A DNA stretch of 64,000 nt from a bacterium (GTDB taxonomy: Bacteria > Muiribacteriota > UBA6191). The position numbers were made by a program, and so were the translations under genes. The stretch's first letter is position 1. Each line of letters begins with the position of its first letter. The notes under the pieces were generated by a model. The model was not told the DNA's origin and searched no databases. It saw only the letters and a list, made by a program, of their open reading frames with translations. Below, in pieces: positions 19,699 through 28,879 of this stretch. The DNA is taken from the NCBI GenBank assembly GCA_036339875.1, contig JAYZAC010000095.1, positions 1 through 64,000 of the forward strand. Reading direction: 5' to 3'.

Positions 19699-22074
19699 TC
19701 AGTTCCTCGAATTACGTGGAAGTACAAAAGGTAAAATTAGTAGTAAAATCAAAATCCAATGAAACTGATAGATAATTCCCACTGAAATTATCAATGGCAT
19801 TAGAAGAAATTGACCGAGTAAGCCTAATAATGGTCTAGATGATATATACTCTGCAATCTTTGGCGAGTATCTGTAGTACAGAGTCACGAAAGATTTACCC
19901 AGGTGCGATTTTAATAGGAATTCATCGCGAAACAAACTTAAGGCACGAACTTCATAGCTATTCTTTCCCATGAATGATGCACTCGCTAAGAAGCATCCTC
20001 CCCCACCACCAGCCGCAGAACCAGATGATATTGGAATTTCTGGATTAACTACTGGTGGCTGAGCTGAATTCGAAATCACTACAGCCGTTTTAGTTACTAA
20101 TGGGCTGACCTGCAATGAAGAATTAGTTTTATTTGCATAGTACAAATCGTAGGTCGTTCCAGCATCAAGCTTTAAATTACTGTAAAAGTAGTCTTGATTA
20201 CCAACTTTTACAGCCGCTTTCCGCACAATCGTAGTCCCTGGAACTATTAAATGTGAAGCGTTAATACAATTTTGACCTGATATGCAAGCTGAGATTGCAA
20301 TTTCACGAGGCCGATCATTTAAAATATCTAAATCGATACTTGTATTATTATTAAAAGATTGACGGACAATTTGATTACCGTTCACACTCAACGGATCAAT
20401 TGGCTGTCCATTTACAAAGTCTGCATCATTAAATTGAACCGAAGTAATTGGCTGGGAAGCAAGTGATAAAGAATTAAGATAACTAAGCTGAACTGAAATC
20501 TGTCCTAAGCTCGGATTAGATAGAATTAGCACATTAGAGCTATTTGCCGCTATGAATAAAGGATTTTCTAAACCGGCTAGATCTTGTTGTAATGATCTTG
20601 ATTGTGGACCTGAACCTTCCAGCAAATAAGCATGAAAGTTTGTCGTAGAAGTTAAACTTAAACTCGCTGCTTGTGAACCACCGTTTACGCGAATCACTCG
20701 GAAATCATACCCTGCTAAAGAAAATGTCACTGGTAATAAATTTTGGCTTACATTTAGGGAAGTAGAAATATTTAATTGCGTTCCATTAGAAAAATCAAAA
20801 AACTCCATGTTATATAGTGAATTGATACCATCAGCATTCAATGCCACAGTAAATGCATTAAAAATATCATTAAAATTATATGAAGAACCTTCAAGACCAG
20901 CTTGAATAGATGAGATTCCATTAGCCGATGATTTAATCATTGAATTAATTCGAGAATCTGCTTCTGAACCTACCAAACTACCGTTACTCACACTCCCACC
21001 AAGCTGTTCCCAAAGATAGGTGAAGAATAAATATCCAATTCCCCTTAATTCAGCAGAATCATAACGCTGGAAAACTTTACCTTGAATTCCTAATTCGTCA
21101 CTACTTATAAGCTGACTAGAGCTTGGGTCTGCCAACCAGAAAGGCACCTGAGATGGAGACCCAGTAGGTGCTATTAGCAAAGGCTCTCCATTGCTAAATG
21201 TTTTGTTGAATAAAGTTCTATAAATAGCATACTGTGAAAATCCCTCATTAACCCAAATAGTCTCTCCAAGATCAAATTGAGCATGAATTAGATGCTGAAA
21301 TTCATGAGCTAATACTTGATAAAAATCTTTGCGAGGCAGTGCCGGAATAAACGCCCCAATTGGAGTACTATTGCCTCCTGGATTACTGGGATACATGTCC
21401 ATATGGATAGCATTCATCCTGTTATTATTAGGATTAAACTTATCATCCGGATCAAAATAACCACCTATAAATGAACCGGTAAATTGAAAGTTATCTGAGA
21501 TATCATAGATTAGAACATTAAAACCTTCAGACAGTGAATTCGCTACTGGATTCACAGAACCAAACGCTGCAATACTTTCGGGAACGATTACTTCGCTGAG
21601 GATGGTACCTATTTCTTGGATAGTATTATCTCTATCGGTAACTCGCGTAGGCTGATTTCCTACACCAAAAGCTTGAGAATTAAGATTATTATCTTGATCT
21701 TGATCGTAGTATTTCTGCTCATCAACCCATACATTAATCAACAGGTTCGAGTTTGCAACGCTAATTTGGCGCTGATATCGTAATACGAAACTGATAGTTC
21801 TAGCGCCTTCATCTACTCGAAAGTTTTGTGTACTATTCAATACCGCTACAGCATTTTGTGTAGCAAGTAAACTATTCATTTTGGCTGCTTTTTGCCATGA
21901 CTTTGGTGCTGTTTTCTTAAACTTCTGTAGTAATTCCGATTGCCTGCAGAGAGCCTTAGGAATTTTCGCTGAATCTAAATGCTGTGCATCAATTTCTAAA
22001 GTTACAAGTGAGCCTGAACTTGCAAATGATAAATTCGCGATTAAAAGGAGTATGATAATTAGTCTACAAAACAT
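19699..22074 (-). CDS. Surface zinc metallopeptidase (gluzincin, M30/hyicolysin-like) with CFI-box-CTERM-type tail
   Basis: Signal peptide. GGYFDP, LAHEFQHLIH (HEFQH at 21292..21306), WVNEGFS, YLFFTYLWEQ. C-terminal GGGGGCFLASASF...FRD...YY.YSP plus TM. Confidence 0.85.
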   Translation of the reverse strand: MFCRLIIILLLIANLSFASSGSLVTLEIDAQHLDSAKIPKALCRQSELLQKFKKTAPKSWQKAAKMNSLLATQNAVAVLNSTQNFRVDEGARTISFVLRYQRQISVANSNLLINVWVDEQKYYDQDQDNNLNSQAFGVGNQPTRVTDRDNTIQEIGTILSEVIVPESIAAFGSVNPVANSLSEGFNVLIYDISDNFQFTGSFIGGYFDPDDKFNPNNNRMNAIHMDMYPSNPGGNSTPIGAFIPALPRKDFYQVLAHEFQHLIHAQFDLGETIWVNEGFSQYAIYRTLFNKTFSNGEPLLIAPTGSPSQVPFWLADPSSSQLISSDELGIQGKVFQRYDSAELRGIGYLFFTYLWEQLGGSVSNGSLVGSEADSRINSMIKSSANGISSIQAGLEGSSYNFNDIFNAFTVALNADGINSLYNMEFFDFSNGTQLNISTSLNVSQNLLPVTFSLAGYDFRVIRVNGGSQAASLSLTSTTNFHAYLLEGSGPQSRSLQQDLAGLENPLFIAANSSNVLILSNPSLGQISVQLSYLNSLSLASQPITSVQFNDADFVNGQPIDPLSVNGNQIVRQSFNNNTSIDLDILNDRPREIAISACISGQNCINASHLIVPGTTIVRKAAVKVGNQDYFYSNLKLDAGTTYDLYYANKTNSSLQVSPLVTKTAVVISNSAQPPVVNPEIPISSGSAAGGGGGCFLASASFMGKNSYEVRALSLFRDEFLLKSHLGKSFVTLYYRYSPKIAEYISSRPLLGLLGQFLLMPLIISVGIIYQFHWILILLLILPFVLPRNSRN

Positions 22075-22147
22075 CTAAATCTCATTTCCGTGAAATCTGG
22101 AAAATTGTAAACCTCCTCTTGATCGAATTCTATATTTATGCAAGATT

Positions 22148-23074
22148 TCATTCATGAAAGGGCCCCACGGAAGTCTTAAACCTTTGTGCCTCATCTAGAT
22201 CTTCAAGATTCATTTGTAATTTTATAGGCACCTCTATCACTATATCTTTACCATAATCGGAATGTGATCTAACAAATTGATTCACTTCACTAGTTAACTG
22301 ATGAAACGTTGATCCCAATGCATAATTACTATTGGGTGATCTCAAAACAATATATGAAAAACTAATTGGTGCCGAATAACCCTTTTTAATTAAAATTCCT
22401 TTAAGGTCAGTTATATGAAAAGGATACTCTCCATTTTTTTTAGTAGCAAAATGTAAAAACTGTTGCCCGACGTCTTGGGTATTCAATTTTACTGCAATTT
22501 TCTTTCCATTTGATGGCTTCAAATCTAAGTTAAAGCTGTTTTCACTACCAATCTCAAAAGCTACAGATTCAATTTTTTTCAATAATTTACCTGTAGTATC
22601 TCCCACCCGATCAACTTCAAGAAATTCTAAATTAAAAACCTTATCTGTAATTCCTTTTGAATGGAATTCATTGTTCTTACTATAAAATCTTGGCTTGATT
22701 GTAAACGTTTTCACAAGTTCAACATTATCATAAAGATAAAAAATCGCTTGTATCGAATTTTGCTCTGAATTCTTATATCGCAGTTCACCTTTGCGATTCT
22801 TGGTAAAAGTAACTTTAGATAGATTACCTACTTGAATCATAAAATCAGCTACTTCATTAAATTGTCTCTGAATTGAAAAAATATCCGGATCTCGCGATAA
22901 TTCAACACCTAACTTCATGGATTTTAGTAATCGATTACCTGGGATTGTTACGATAAAATTTCCTTCAAAATTTGCGCCACTATTGCTTGGCGTTAATAAA
23001 AATATAAGAACTATTAAAACTAAAAGAAAGTAATTACCGTGATTAGTATTTAGTTCATGAGTCTTGCTCTTCAT
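22148..23074 (-). CDS. Exported hypothetical protein
   Basis: 308-aa ORF with an N-terminal hydrophobic signal/anchor and a beta-rich body. Overlaps the upstream gene by 20 bp. Confidence 0.7.
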   Translation of the reverse strand: MKSKTHELNTNHGNYFLLVLIVLIFLLTPSNSGANFEGNFIVTIPGNRLLKSMKLGVELSRDPDIFSIQRQFNEVADFMIQVGNLSKVTFTKNRKGELRYKNSEQNSIQAIFYLYDNVELVKTFTIKPRFYSKNNEFHSKGITDKVFNLEFLEVDRVGDTTGKLLKKIESVAFEIGSENSFNLDLKPSNGKKIAVKLNTQDVGQQFLHFATKKNGEYPFHITDLKGILIKKGYSAPISFSYIVLRSPNSNYALGSTFHQLTSEVNQFVRSHSDYGKDIVIEVPIKLQMNLEDLDEAQRFKTSVGPFHE

Positions 23075-24815
23075 CCTCTAGACTTTCGGATGAATCAATC
23101 GTTTCAATTACCCAGCTTTTGAGAATCACGTTAAATTCTGGCTGCAAAAATTCCTCAAGACTTTGACCACCTGCTTCGCGAAATTCATCATTAGGATCAA
23201 CTCCATTTATAATTAGATCTTTAGGTATGAAATTCATATTAAGAGCATCTGCCACCAAATTGTGCGTTAAGTCAACATCAAAACTGCCAAGGTCTGCCCA
23301 ATTATCTCGAAAAGCTTCCTTATCTGTTTTAAGGCCATTTTGAGTATAAAGAGCAGCATCCACCTTAGGTCTGGGATCAGGGTCCTGCCCTCCGCTTTCT
23401 GACCAATCATTATCTGGGTGTGGTTTTATAATAATATGTCCGGTCTTTCGAAATGAGGGATGATTAGTGGGGGTAAAATTAGACTGTTCTCTATTTGGAT
23501 CCTCAAACGCTAGAATATTCCACAACGATGGATGACCGGCTGTGTCCACAGGTAAAGCGCTCAAACTCCCTCCAACGTATACATTTCCTTGCACAACTAA
23601 TACTCCAACGCCTTTGTACCAACCCTCGACGAAAACATCACCTCTAACAAAGACAATCCCATCTACATTAATTGGATTTCTCAAATCGTGTTGCCGAGAA
23701 CGAGGTCCATAGCGATTTCCATCAAATACCGGAGCTCGGCGCCAATCACCGTAACCATACAGCGGTAAAACATTGTTATACCGGACCGAATTATAACCAT
23801 TTTCACCTTCAAAAATAATATTTTTGAAATAACGGTTGTCTCTTACACTGCCACCAACAGGGTTATAGCGTTGTGGTTCAAGTCTTACTCTAGCTAAGGT
23901 TTTATAGAACTCTAAAGGTCTTAAATTAATTTGCTCATTTGTCCAAAAATTGTGACTGGGAAAAACTTTAGTTGAGTATTTCTCCTTCACTTCTCGACCA
24001 AAAATTTTGAATTTTCTGAAGATCCCAAAACGCTTATATTCAACCTGGTCTGCATCCAAAAAATCTACGCCTCCATCAGCAAGGCCTTGAGTATTTGGAG
24101 GATGATCCATGTAATAGTACTCTTGCCATGTTAATTCGCCCTTTTCAATCATCCGACGCTTATTATAATCAGAAAGCTCAGCGGTAATACCGTTTTCGAC
24201 GTAAACGTCTCCTCCCATTACGTTCAGGTCACTGGGGTCGAAGTTATCCTCAAAGTTGTAATTCAGATGCTCTTTATCTCTAAGGAAAAGAGAATGCTCG
24301 GGTGCCACTATACCTAAATTAACTGCTCGAACAGCATAAACTGCCAACACCTGCTTTTTTACAATTTCTCCAAGAGAGGTTATGTAAATACCTCGTGATT
24401 GTATTCTAACCTCTCCACTGTATACACCCATATCAGGAAATGGAGATGGAGTTGGTTCGTAATTTACTTTTAATTCAATATCATAAGTTCCTGAGGATTC
24501 TCCCATTTCACGAATCTCATCTTTTGCTAAAACTGGTATAGGAATATCCGATTCTAACTCCTCTTTCATTGCCTCCAACATCTTGCTATTCGTCTCCAAA
24601 TCACTTTTTAAGTAAAATAAAGCTTGCTCTACACCGGATTCAGCAATCTGCTCTGCAATAGAATAATCAACAAACTTGTTAGTTAGCTTATGTTCTGTCT
24701 GAACCATAAATATTAGGCTGAATGCAAAAATCAAAACAATCATTGCAAAAGCCAAGACGAATGGCAAAATGACGCCTCGACGATCACCCAAACAAGTCTT
24801 ATGATTAAAATTCAT
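23055..24815 (-). CDS. Large PilX/GspK-like minor pilin with class III signal peptide
   Basis: RRG|VILPFVLAFAMIVLIFAFSL, then A.QIAESGVEQA typical of PilX N-termini. C-terminal GIVFVRGDVFVEG..KGVGVLVVQGNVYVGG beta-repeat. Confidence 0.72.
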   Translation of the reverse strand: MNFNHKTCLGDRRGVILPFVLAFAMIVLIFAFSLIFMVQTEHKLTNKFVDYSIAEQIAESGVEQALFYLKSDLETNSKMLEAMKEELESDIPIPVLAKDEIREMGESSGTYDIELKVNYEPTPSPFPDMGVYSGEVRIQSRGIYITSLGEIVKKQVLAVYAVRAVNLGIVAPEHSLFLRDKEHLNYNFEDNFDPSDLNVMGGDVYVENGITAELSDYNKRRMIEKGELTWQEYYYMDHPPNTQGLADGGVDFLDADQVEYKRFGIFRKFKIFGREVKEKYSTKVFPSHNFWTNEQINLRPLEFYKTLARVRLEPQRYNPVGGSVRDNRYFKNIIFEGENGYNSVRYNNVLPLYGYGDWRRAPVFDGNRYGPRSRQHDLRNPINVDGIVFVRGDVFVEGWYKGVGVLVVQGNVYVGGSLSALPVDTAGHPSLWNILAFEDPNREQSNFTPTNHPSFRKTGHIIIKPHPDNDWSESGGQDPDPRPKVDAALYTQNGLKTDKEAFRDNWADLGSFDVDLTHNLVADALNMNFIPKDLIINGVDPNDEFREAGGQSLEEFLQPEFNVILKSWVIETIDSSESLEDEEQDS

Positions 24816-24823
24816 AAAAGTTC

Positions 24824-25588
24824 CTATTTAGCTTTTATTCCATTTCGAATTAGTTCGTAGAAATCTGTAGGTTTTAATGAAGCACCTCCTACTAACCCCC
24901 CATCGATGCCATCTTGGTCCATATAAGAGCTAATATTATTCGGTTTTACACTCCCCCCATATAAGACACGGACTTGATCAGCTGAATGACTTCCGAATTC
25001 ATCCGCAACAACTTCTCGAACCGTTCCACAACCTTCCTTTGCATCAACCTCGCTCGCATTAACCCCAGTTCCAATAGCCCAAATTGGTTCATAAGCAAAA
25101 ATAAGTTTTCCAATATCTTGTTTAGTAACCCCTTGAAGAGCAGCTTTAACCTGTTCTCTTACTCTTGTTCTTGTTAAATTTTTCTCACGCTCATCCAATG
25201 ATTCTCCAACACATATCATGGGCGTTAAATTATGCTGTATCGCTTGGAGCGTTTTTTTATTGACTAGATCATCTGTCTCACCAAAAATTTGACGTCGCTC
25301 AGAATGACCGGTGAGTACATGTTTACATCCTAATGAACTGAGCATATTCAAGGAAACCTCTCCCGTAAAAGCACCTGCCTCTTCGTAATAAAAATTTTGA
25401 GCGCCATATTGCACGGACGTACCCCTTAGATATTTTTGCATCAAATGAAGGTTGGTAAAAGAAGGAAACAAAATTACTTCACATTCTGCTGAAAAATCAC
25501 AATTTATAAAATATTGTAGGAACTCCTCGGCCATTTGTACCGTATGATTCATTTTCCAATTACCGCCAAAAACTGGTGTTCGAGCCAT
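24824..25588 (-). CDS. tpiA: Triosephosphate isomerase
   Basis: GNWKMN, GAFTGEVS, GHSERR, AYEPIWAIGTG, YGGSV, LVGGASL. Start moved to ATG 25588 after AAGGAG. Confidence 0.98.
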   Translation of the reverse strand: MARTPVFGGNWKMNHTVQMAEEFLQYFINCDFSAECEVILFPSFTNLHLMQKYLRGTSVQYGAQNFYYEEAGAFTGEVSLNMLSSLGCKHVLTGHSERRQIFGETDDLVNKKTLQAIQHNLTPMICVGESLDEREKNLTRTRVREQVKAALQGVTKQDIGKLIFAYEPIWAIGTGVNASEVDAKEGCGTVREVVADEFGSHSADQVRVLYGGSVKPNNISSYMDQDGIDGGLVGGASLKPTDFYELIRNGIKAK

Positions 25589-25612
25589 GATAACTCCTTC
25601 CATTAGATTATT

Positions 25613-25644
25613 AAAAAAGCTCCCAAGCTTTTAACTCAGGAGCC
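25613..25644 (-). terminator. Intrinsic terminator after the 25679 gene
   Basis: Minus strand GGCTCCTGAG-TTAAAAG-CTTGGGAGCT stem-loop followed by a T-run. Confidence 0.65.
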
Positions 25645-25678
25645 TATCTTAAATGTACTTAAGCTTTAGATCAAAAAA

Positions 25679-26884
25679 TTATTGCGAAAACCACTTATCT
25701 CGAAGTTGCATATAATCACCGTAGGCTGCATCAACGGCACTCGAATCTCCCGCGCTAGAGGACTGTTCATATTGCCGCTGCTTCAAATAAATCTCTTGCA
25801 GTAAACGTGCATCTAAATCAGGGGATGTACTAGGCGCAAAGGATCCGTATGGGCTGCTCAATTGTTGCGATTGAGCCGACCTACCTAGGGGGACAACTTG
25901 ATCAGCTTGATAACTCGGCATAACAGCAGAATAGCGACCATTAACACCCATTGAAGTGCCTATCCCCATATTCGCGCCCATGTTTATAGGACTACCCATA
26001 CCCATACCAGCACCCATATTTATAGGAGTACCCATTTGATATCCCATACCAGTGTTGGCCCCATACCCAAATTGGTTCAAGCCCGCCTGCTGGTAGATTG
26101 ACTGATTATATACAAAATTAGGCTGTTGATTCGAAACTAGCATATTATTGTAAGGAAATTCCGGAATGAATAAATCGCCATGGCGAGGCTCGGTGCGTTC
26201 CTTAAACATCTGTTGATAATCCCAAAATGCCTTATCAAACCGAACCTTGTCGTTCATAGCAAAGGGTCCACTGCGCTCTACCGACTTCAAAGCAGACAAA
26301 AACTTCCGACGTTTAGACTTCAGTTTCGCTTGCGTAGTATAAATAAACTGGCGCGCATACGATCGAAAGACACTCATAAATTGCTGTTTTGCTAATTCCT
26401 TCATTCGCGGATTCGTATTAGGCATACGCTTCCACCTTATGTATAATCGCTCGTAAGTTGGCATTGGAAATTGACCCATAGCGCGCAAAATATGGTGAGA
26501 AAACATGGATTGATACTGCTTGAAAGATTGGTATACCTGATCTATTGATGCATCGTCACCCCCGCTTCCAAAGAAGTTAAAAAACGTACTTTGGTTACTG
26601 GCTAAAGCTTCATCAGCCGCAATAAAGGACTCTAGAGAATAAGCTTGCATTGTCGCCATACGCTCTACATACTCCATGCGTTGTTGAATTTGCTGTTGCT
26701 CTTGTGGTGATCTAGAATGCAATAATTGATTCAGAGAATTGGTGAAACTACCCATCGTCACACCGAAGTTTGCCAATTCGAATAAAGATTCTGACATTTC
26801 TGCGTGAAGAGGTGACCCTACCAATGCAACCGACAATATACTTGCCGCTGCAGATCTTTTGATGCGTTTCAGCGTCTTGCCCAT
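25679..26884 (-). CDS. Secreted Gln/Met/Gly-rich hypothetical protein
   Basis: ATG 26884 after AAGGAG. Signal peptide MGKTLKRIKRSAAASILSVALVGSPLHA. Helical core and low-complexity tail. Confidence 0.78.
   Translation of the reverse strand: MGKTLKRIKRSAAASILSVALVGSPLHAEMSESLFELANFGVTMGSFTNSLNQLLHSRSPQEQQQIQQRMEYVERMATMQAYSLESFIAADEALASNQSTFFNFFGSGGDDASIDQVYQSFKQYQSMFSHHILRAMGQFPMPTYERLYIRWKRMPNTNPRMKELAKQQFMSVFRSYARQFIYTTQAKLKSKRRKFLSALKSVERSGPFAMNDKVRFDKAFWDYQQMFKERTEPRHGDLFIPEFPYNNMLVSNQQPNFVYNQSIYQQAGLNQFGYGANTGMGYQMGTPINMGAGMGMGSPINMGANMGIGTSMGVNGRYSAVMPSYQADQVVPLGRSAQSQQLSSPYGSFAPSTSPDLDARLLQEIYLKQRQYEQSSSAGDSSAVDAAYGDYMQLRDKWFSQ
25945..26065 (-). repeat. Imperfect Gly/Met peptide repeat (MGxPINMGAxMG)
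   Basis: GMGYQMGTPINMGAGMGMGSPINMGANMGIGTSMG. At DNA level, repeated cccat and tttatagga units. Confidence 0.7.
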
Positions 26885-26977
26885 GTTTGTCTCCTTGTTT
26901 GGACTCATATACACTACGCAGCGCTGGTTGCAAAAGTTTCAAATTTAATCGAGTTAGATATTAGAATCGACTAAAAA

Positions 26978-28354
26978 TCATAATTCCTGCAAAGAGAAAT
27001 CATCAAACCAAGCTTGCCCTCGAGCTCCTCGTAAGCCAAATTCAATAGTTATTTGAGAAGTTTTTTTACGAGTTTTAAATTCAAATTTCAATTTCTGAAA
27101 CTTTTGACTTGAGCCTATTCTTGAAAAAATACCAGGATGAGATCCAAGAAATTGTCTATCACTCAACTCCGTTATGTTAATACAAGCTCCAAAACCAACT
27201 GGATTAGGCTCAGCTACAATATGTCGAGTTTTTAAATAAACTTCGGCTTGATATCTGGTATTACCTTTCACTTTTATTGCTTCCGTCACTAAACCTAGAT
27301 TCTTCTTTCGATAAGTTGCAAAACGCTGCGAAGATTTTCCGGAATACTTAGTTTTACTATCTAAAATATATATACCTTGATCTTGGGATACCCGAAGCCC
27401 TTTGGACACTCCCAAGTTATCAGACTCATCGAAAGATTGACTGTAGATGATAGTCGGTTCCGAAGTAAGAATAGAAGTATTAGATGATGAAGAAGTTTTT
27501 TTGACAGAATCAATCTTAGGTTTGGCCCTCGAAACTTCATTTTTAATACGTTTAGGTTTAGGTGGATATTTCTCAGAATAATCATAACTTAACTGTCGAG
27601 GGCGTTGATGCTCCTTAGGAAAGCTAGTCATATACTCTTGCATGCGTCTAATCCGCCTAGATGTAGGCGGGTGAGATCGAATAGAAGTCTCAATTCTACT
27701 TGGTTCTTTGGGATTCATCTCTTTCAATACCTCCAAAAAATCCACCATTCCTTGAGGATTAAATCCCGCCAATGCAGCATATCGAGCACCATAATAATCT
27801 GCTTCGTGCTCATTTTTACGACTATATCTCAAACCCGCAAATACAGAATAAATCTGACCTAGAGATCTCAATTTGTCACTTCTTTTATTAAGTTTATTTA
27901 TGATGAACTGATAAGCTAACTGATGCTTGATACTTTTCATAGAATGTTTTGCTACAACATGCCCGACTTCATGCCCTAATACTGCTGCAAGCTCGTCATC
28001 TGTTTTTATTTTTTGAAGAAGACCTCTAGTTATGTATATATGTCCGCCCGGAACTGCAAAAGCATTCACAAAGTTTGGCTTTAATATTGTAAGGCTCCAC
28101 TTAAGATCTTTTCTTTCCGCCACGTGCAAGATTCTTTGAAAAATATTTTGTACATAGGCTTCTGTTTCGGGATCACTTTTCCACTCACCATACTGAAGCT
28201 TCACAGAAGCAGCAATTGCCTGACCCAAGATTTTCTCTGAAAGTTCAAATACTGGTCTTAAGATTTTCTGAAATAAGCTACCCAAACCACCTTGACTCAC
28301 ACTAGTAAAACTAAATAAACCTATGAATAAAAATATCAGAAAAAATTTACGCAC
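26978..28354 (-). CDS. M48-family zinc metalloprotease with C-terminal carbohydrate-binding-like domain
   Basis: NAFAVPGG, ELAAVLGHEVGH, YSRKNEHEAD, SHP. K/S-rich linker, then a CBM4/9-like beta-sandwich ending AWFDDFSL. Signal peptide. Confidence 0.9.
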   Translation of the reverse strand: MRKFFLIFLFIGLFSFTSVSQGGLGSLFQKILRPVFELSEKILGQAIAASVKLQYGEWKSDPETEAYVQNIFQRILHVAERKDLKWSLTILKPNFVNAFAVPGGHIYITRGLLQKIKTDDELAAVLGHEVGHVVAKHSMKSIKHQLAYQFIINKLNKRSDKLRSLGQIYSVFAGLRYSRKNEHEADYYGARYAALAGFNPQGMVDFLEVLKEMNPKEPSRIETSIRSHPPTSRRIRRMQEYMTSFPKEHQRPRQLSYDYSEKYPPKPKRIKNEVSRAKPKIDSVKKTSSSSNTSILTSEPTIIYSQSFDESDNLGVSKGLRVSQDQGIYILDSKTKYSGKSSQRFATYRKKNLGLVTEAIKVKGNTRYQAEVYLKTRHIVAEPNPVGFGACINITELSDRQFLGSHPGIFSRIGSSQKFQKLKFEFKTRKKTSQITIEFGLRGARGQAWFDDFSLQEL

Positions 28355-28402
28355 AATAAGTCCCTAATACCATCAGACATAAAGTATATCGTTACAAGAT
28401 TA

Positions 28403-28879
28403 TTATAAAAAGTCTCTAAAATCTAGAGTCCAATGATAGCGATCTTCGCCAGGTCCGTAAGCATTCTCAATAAATCTTTGCTGAATCAACCTAGCTTCTG
28501 TTGAGTAAATTCTTTTTGCAAATTCGTTAGAATCCTCTAAGGTAAGCTGTAGAAGATCAATTTTCATATTTATCAAATATTGCCTAACCTTTACAAAGAA
28601 TGAACGTCCAAGACCAACACCCCTCTTGTGATGATTAACAACGAAACTATGCAAATACGCGATCTTTGGATCATTCCATTGTTTCCATAAAATAGCATGT
28701 GCAAATATCATATCTTGATTTATCGCTGCTAGGATGAGTTGCTGTTCTGCCATAGGTTTTAGAGTCCAATAGTCTTCTCCACCCTCTGCAAAAGCGATTT
28801 TTTCTGATTCCTGAATTTGTTCCAAGAAATTACAATCGCTAGCTCTAATAGCTATCAAATCGAAATCAAAGTCCTGCAT
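28403..28879 (-). CDS. GNAT-family N-acetyltransferase
   Basis: AYLHSFVV...RGVGLG acetyl-CoA motif, N..A..IY, YGPGEDR. Confidence 0.85.
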   Translation of the reverse strand: MQDFDFDLIAIRASDCNFLEQIQESEKIAFAEGGEDYWTLKPMAEQQLILAAINQDMIFAHAILWKQWNDPKIAYLHSFVVNHHKRGVGLGRSFFVKVRQYLINMKIDLLQLTLEDSNEFAKRIYSTEARLIQQRFIENAYGPGEDRYHWTLDFRDFL

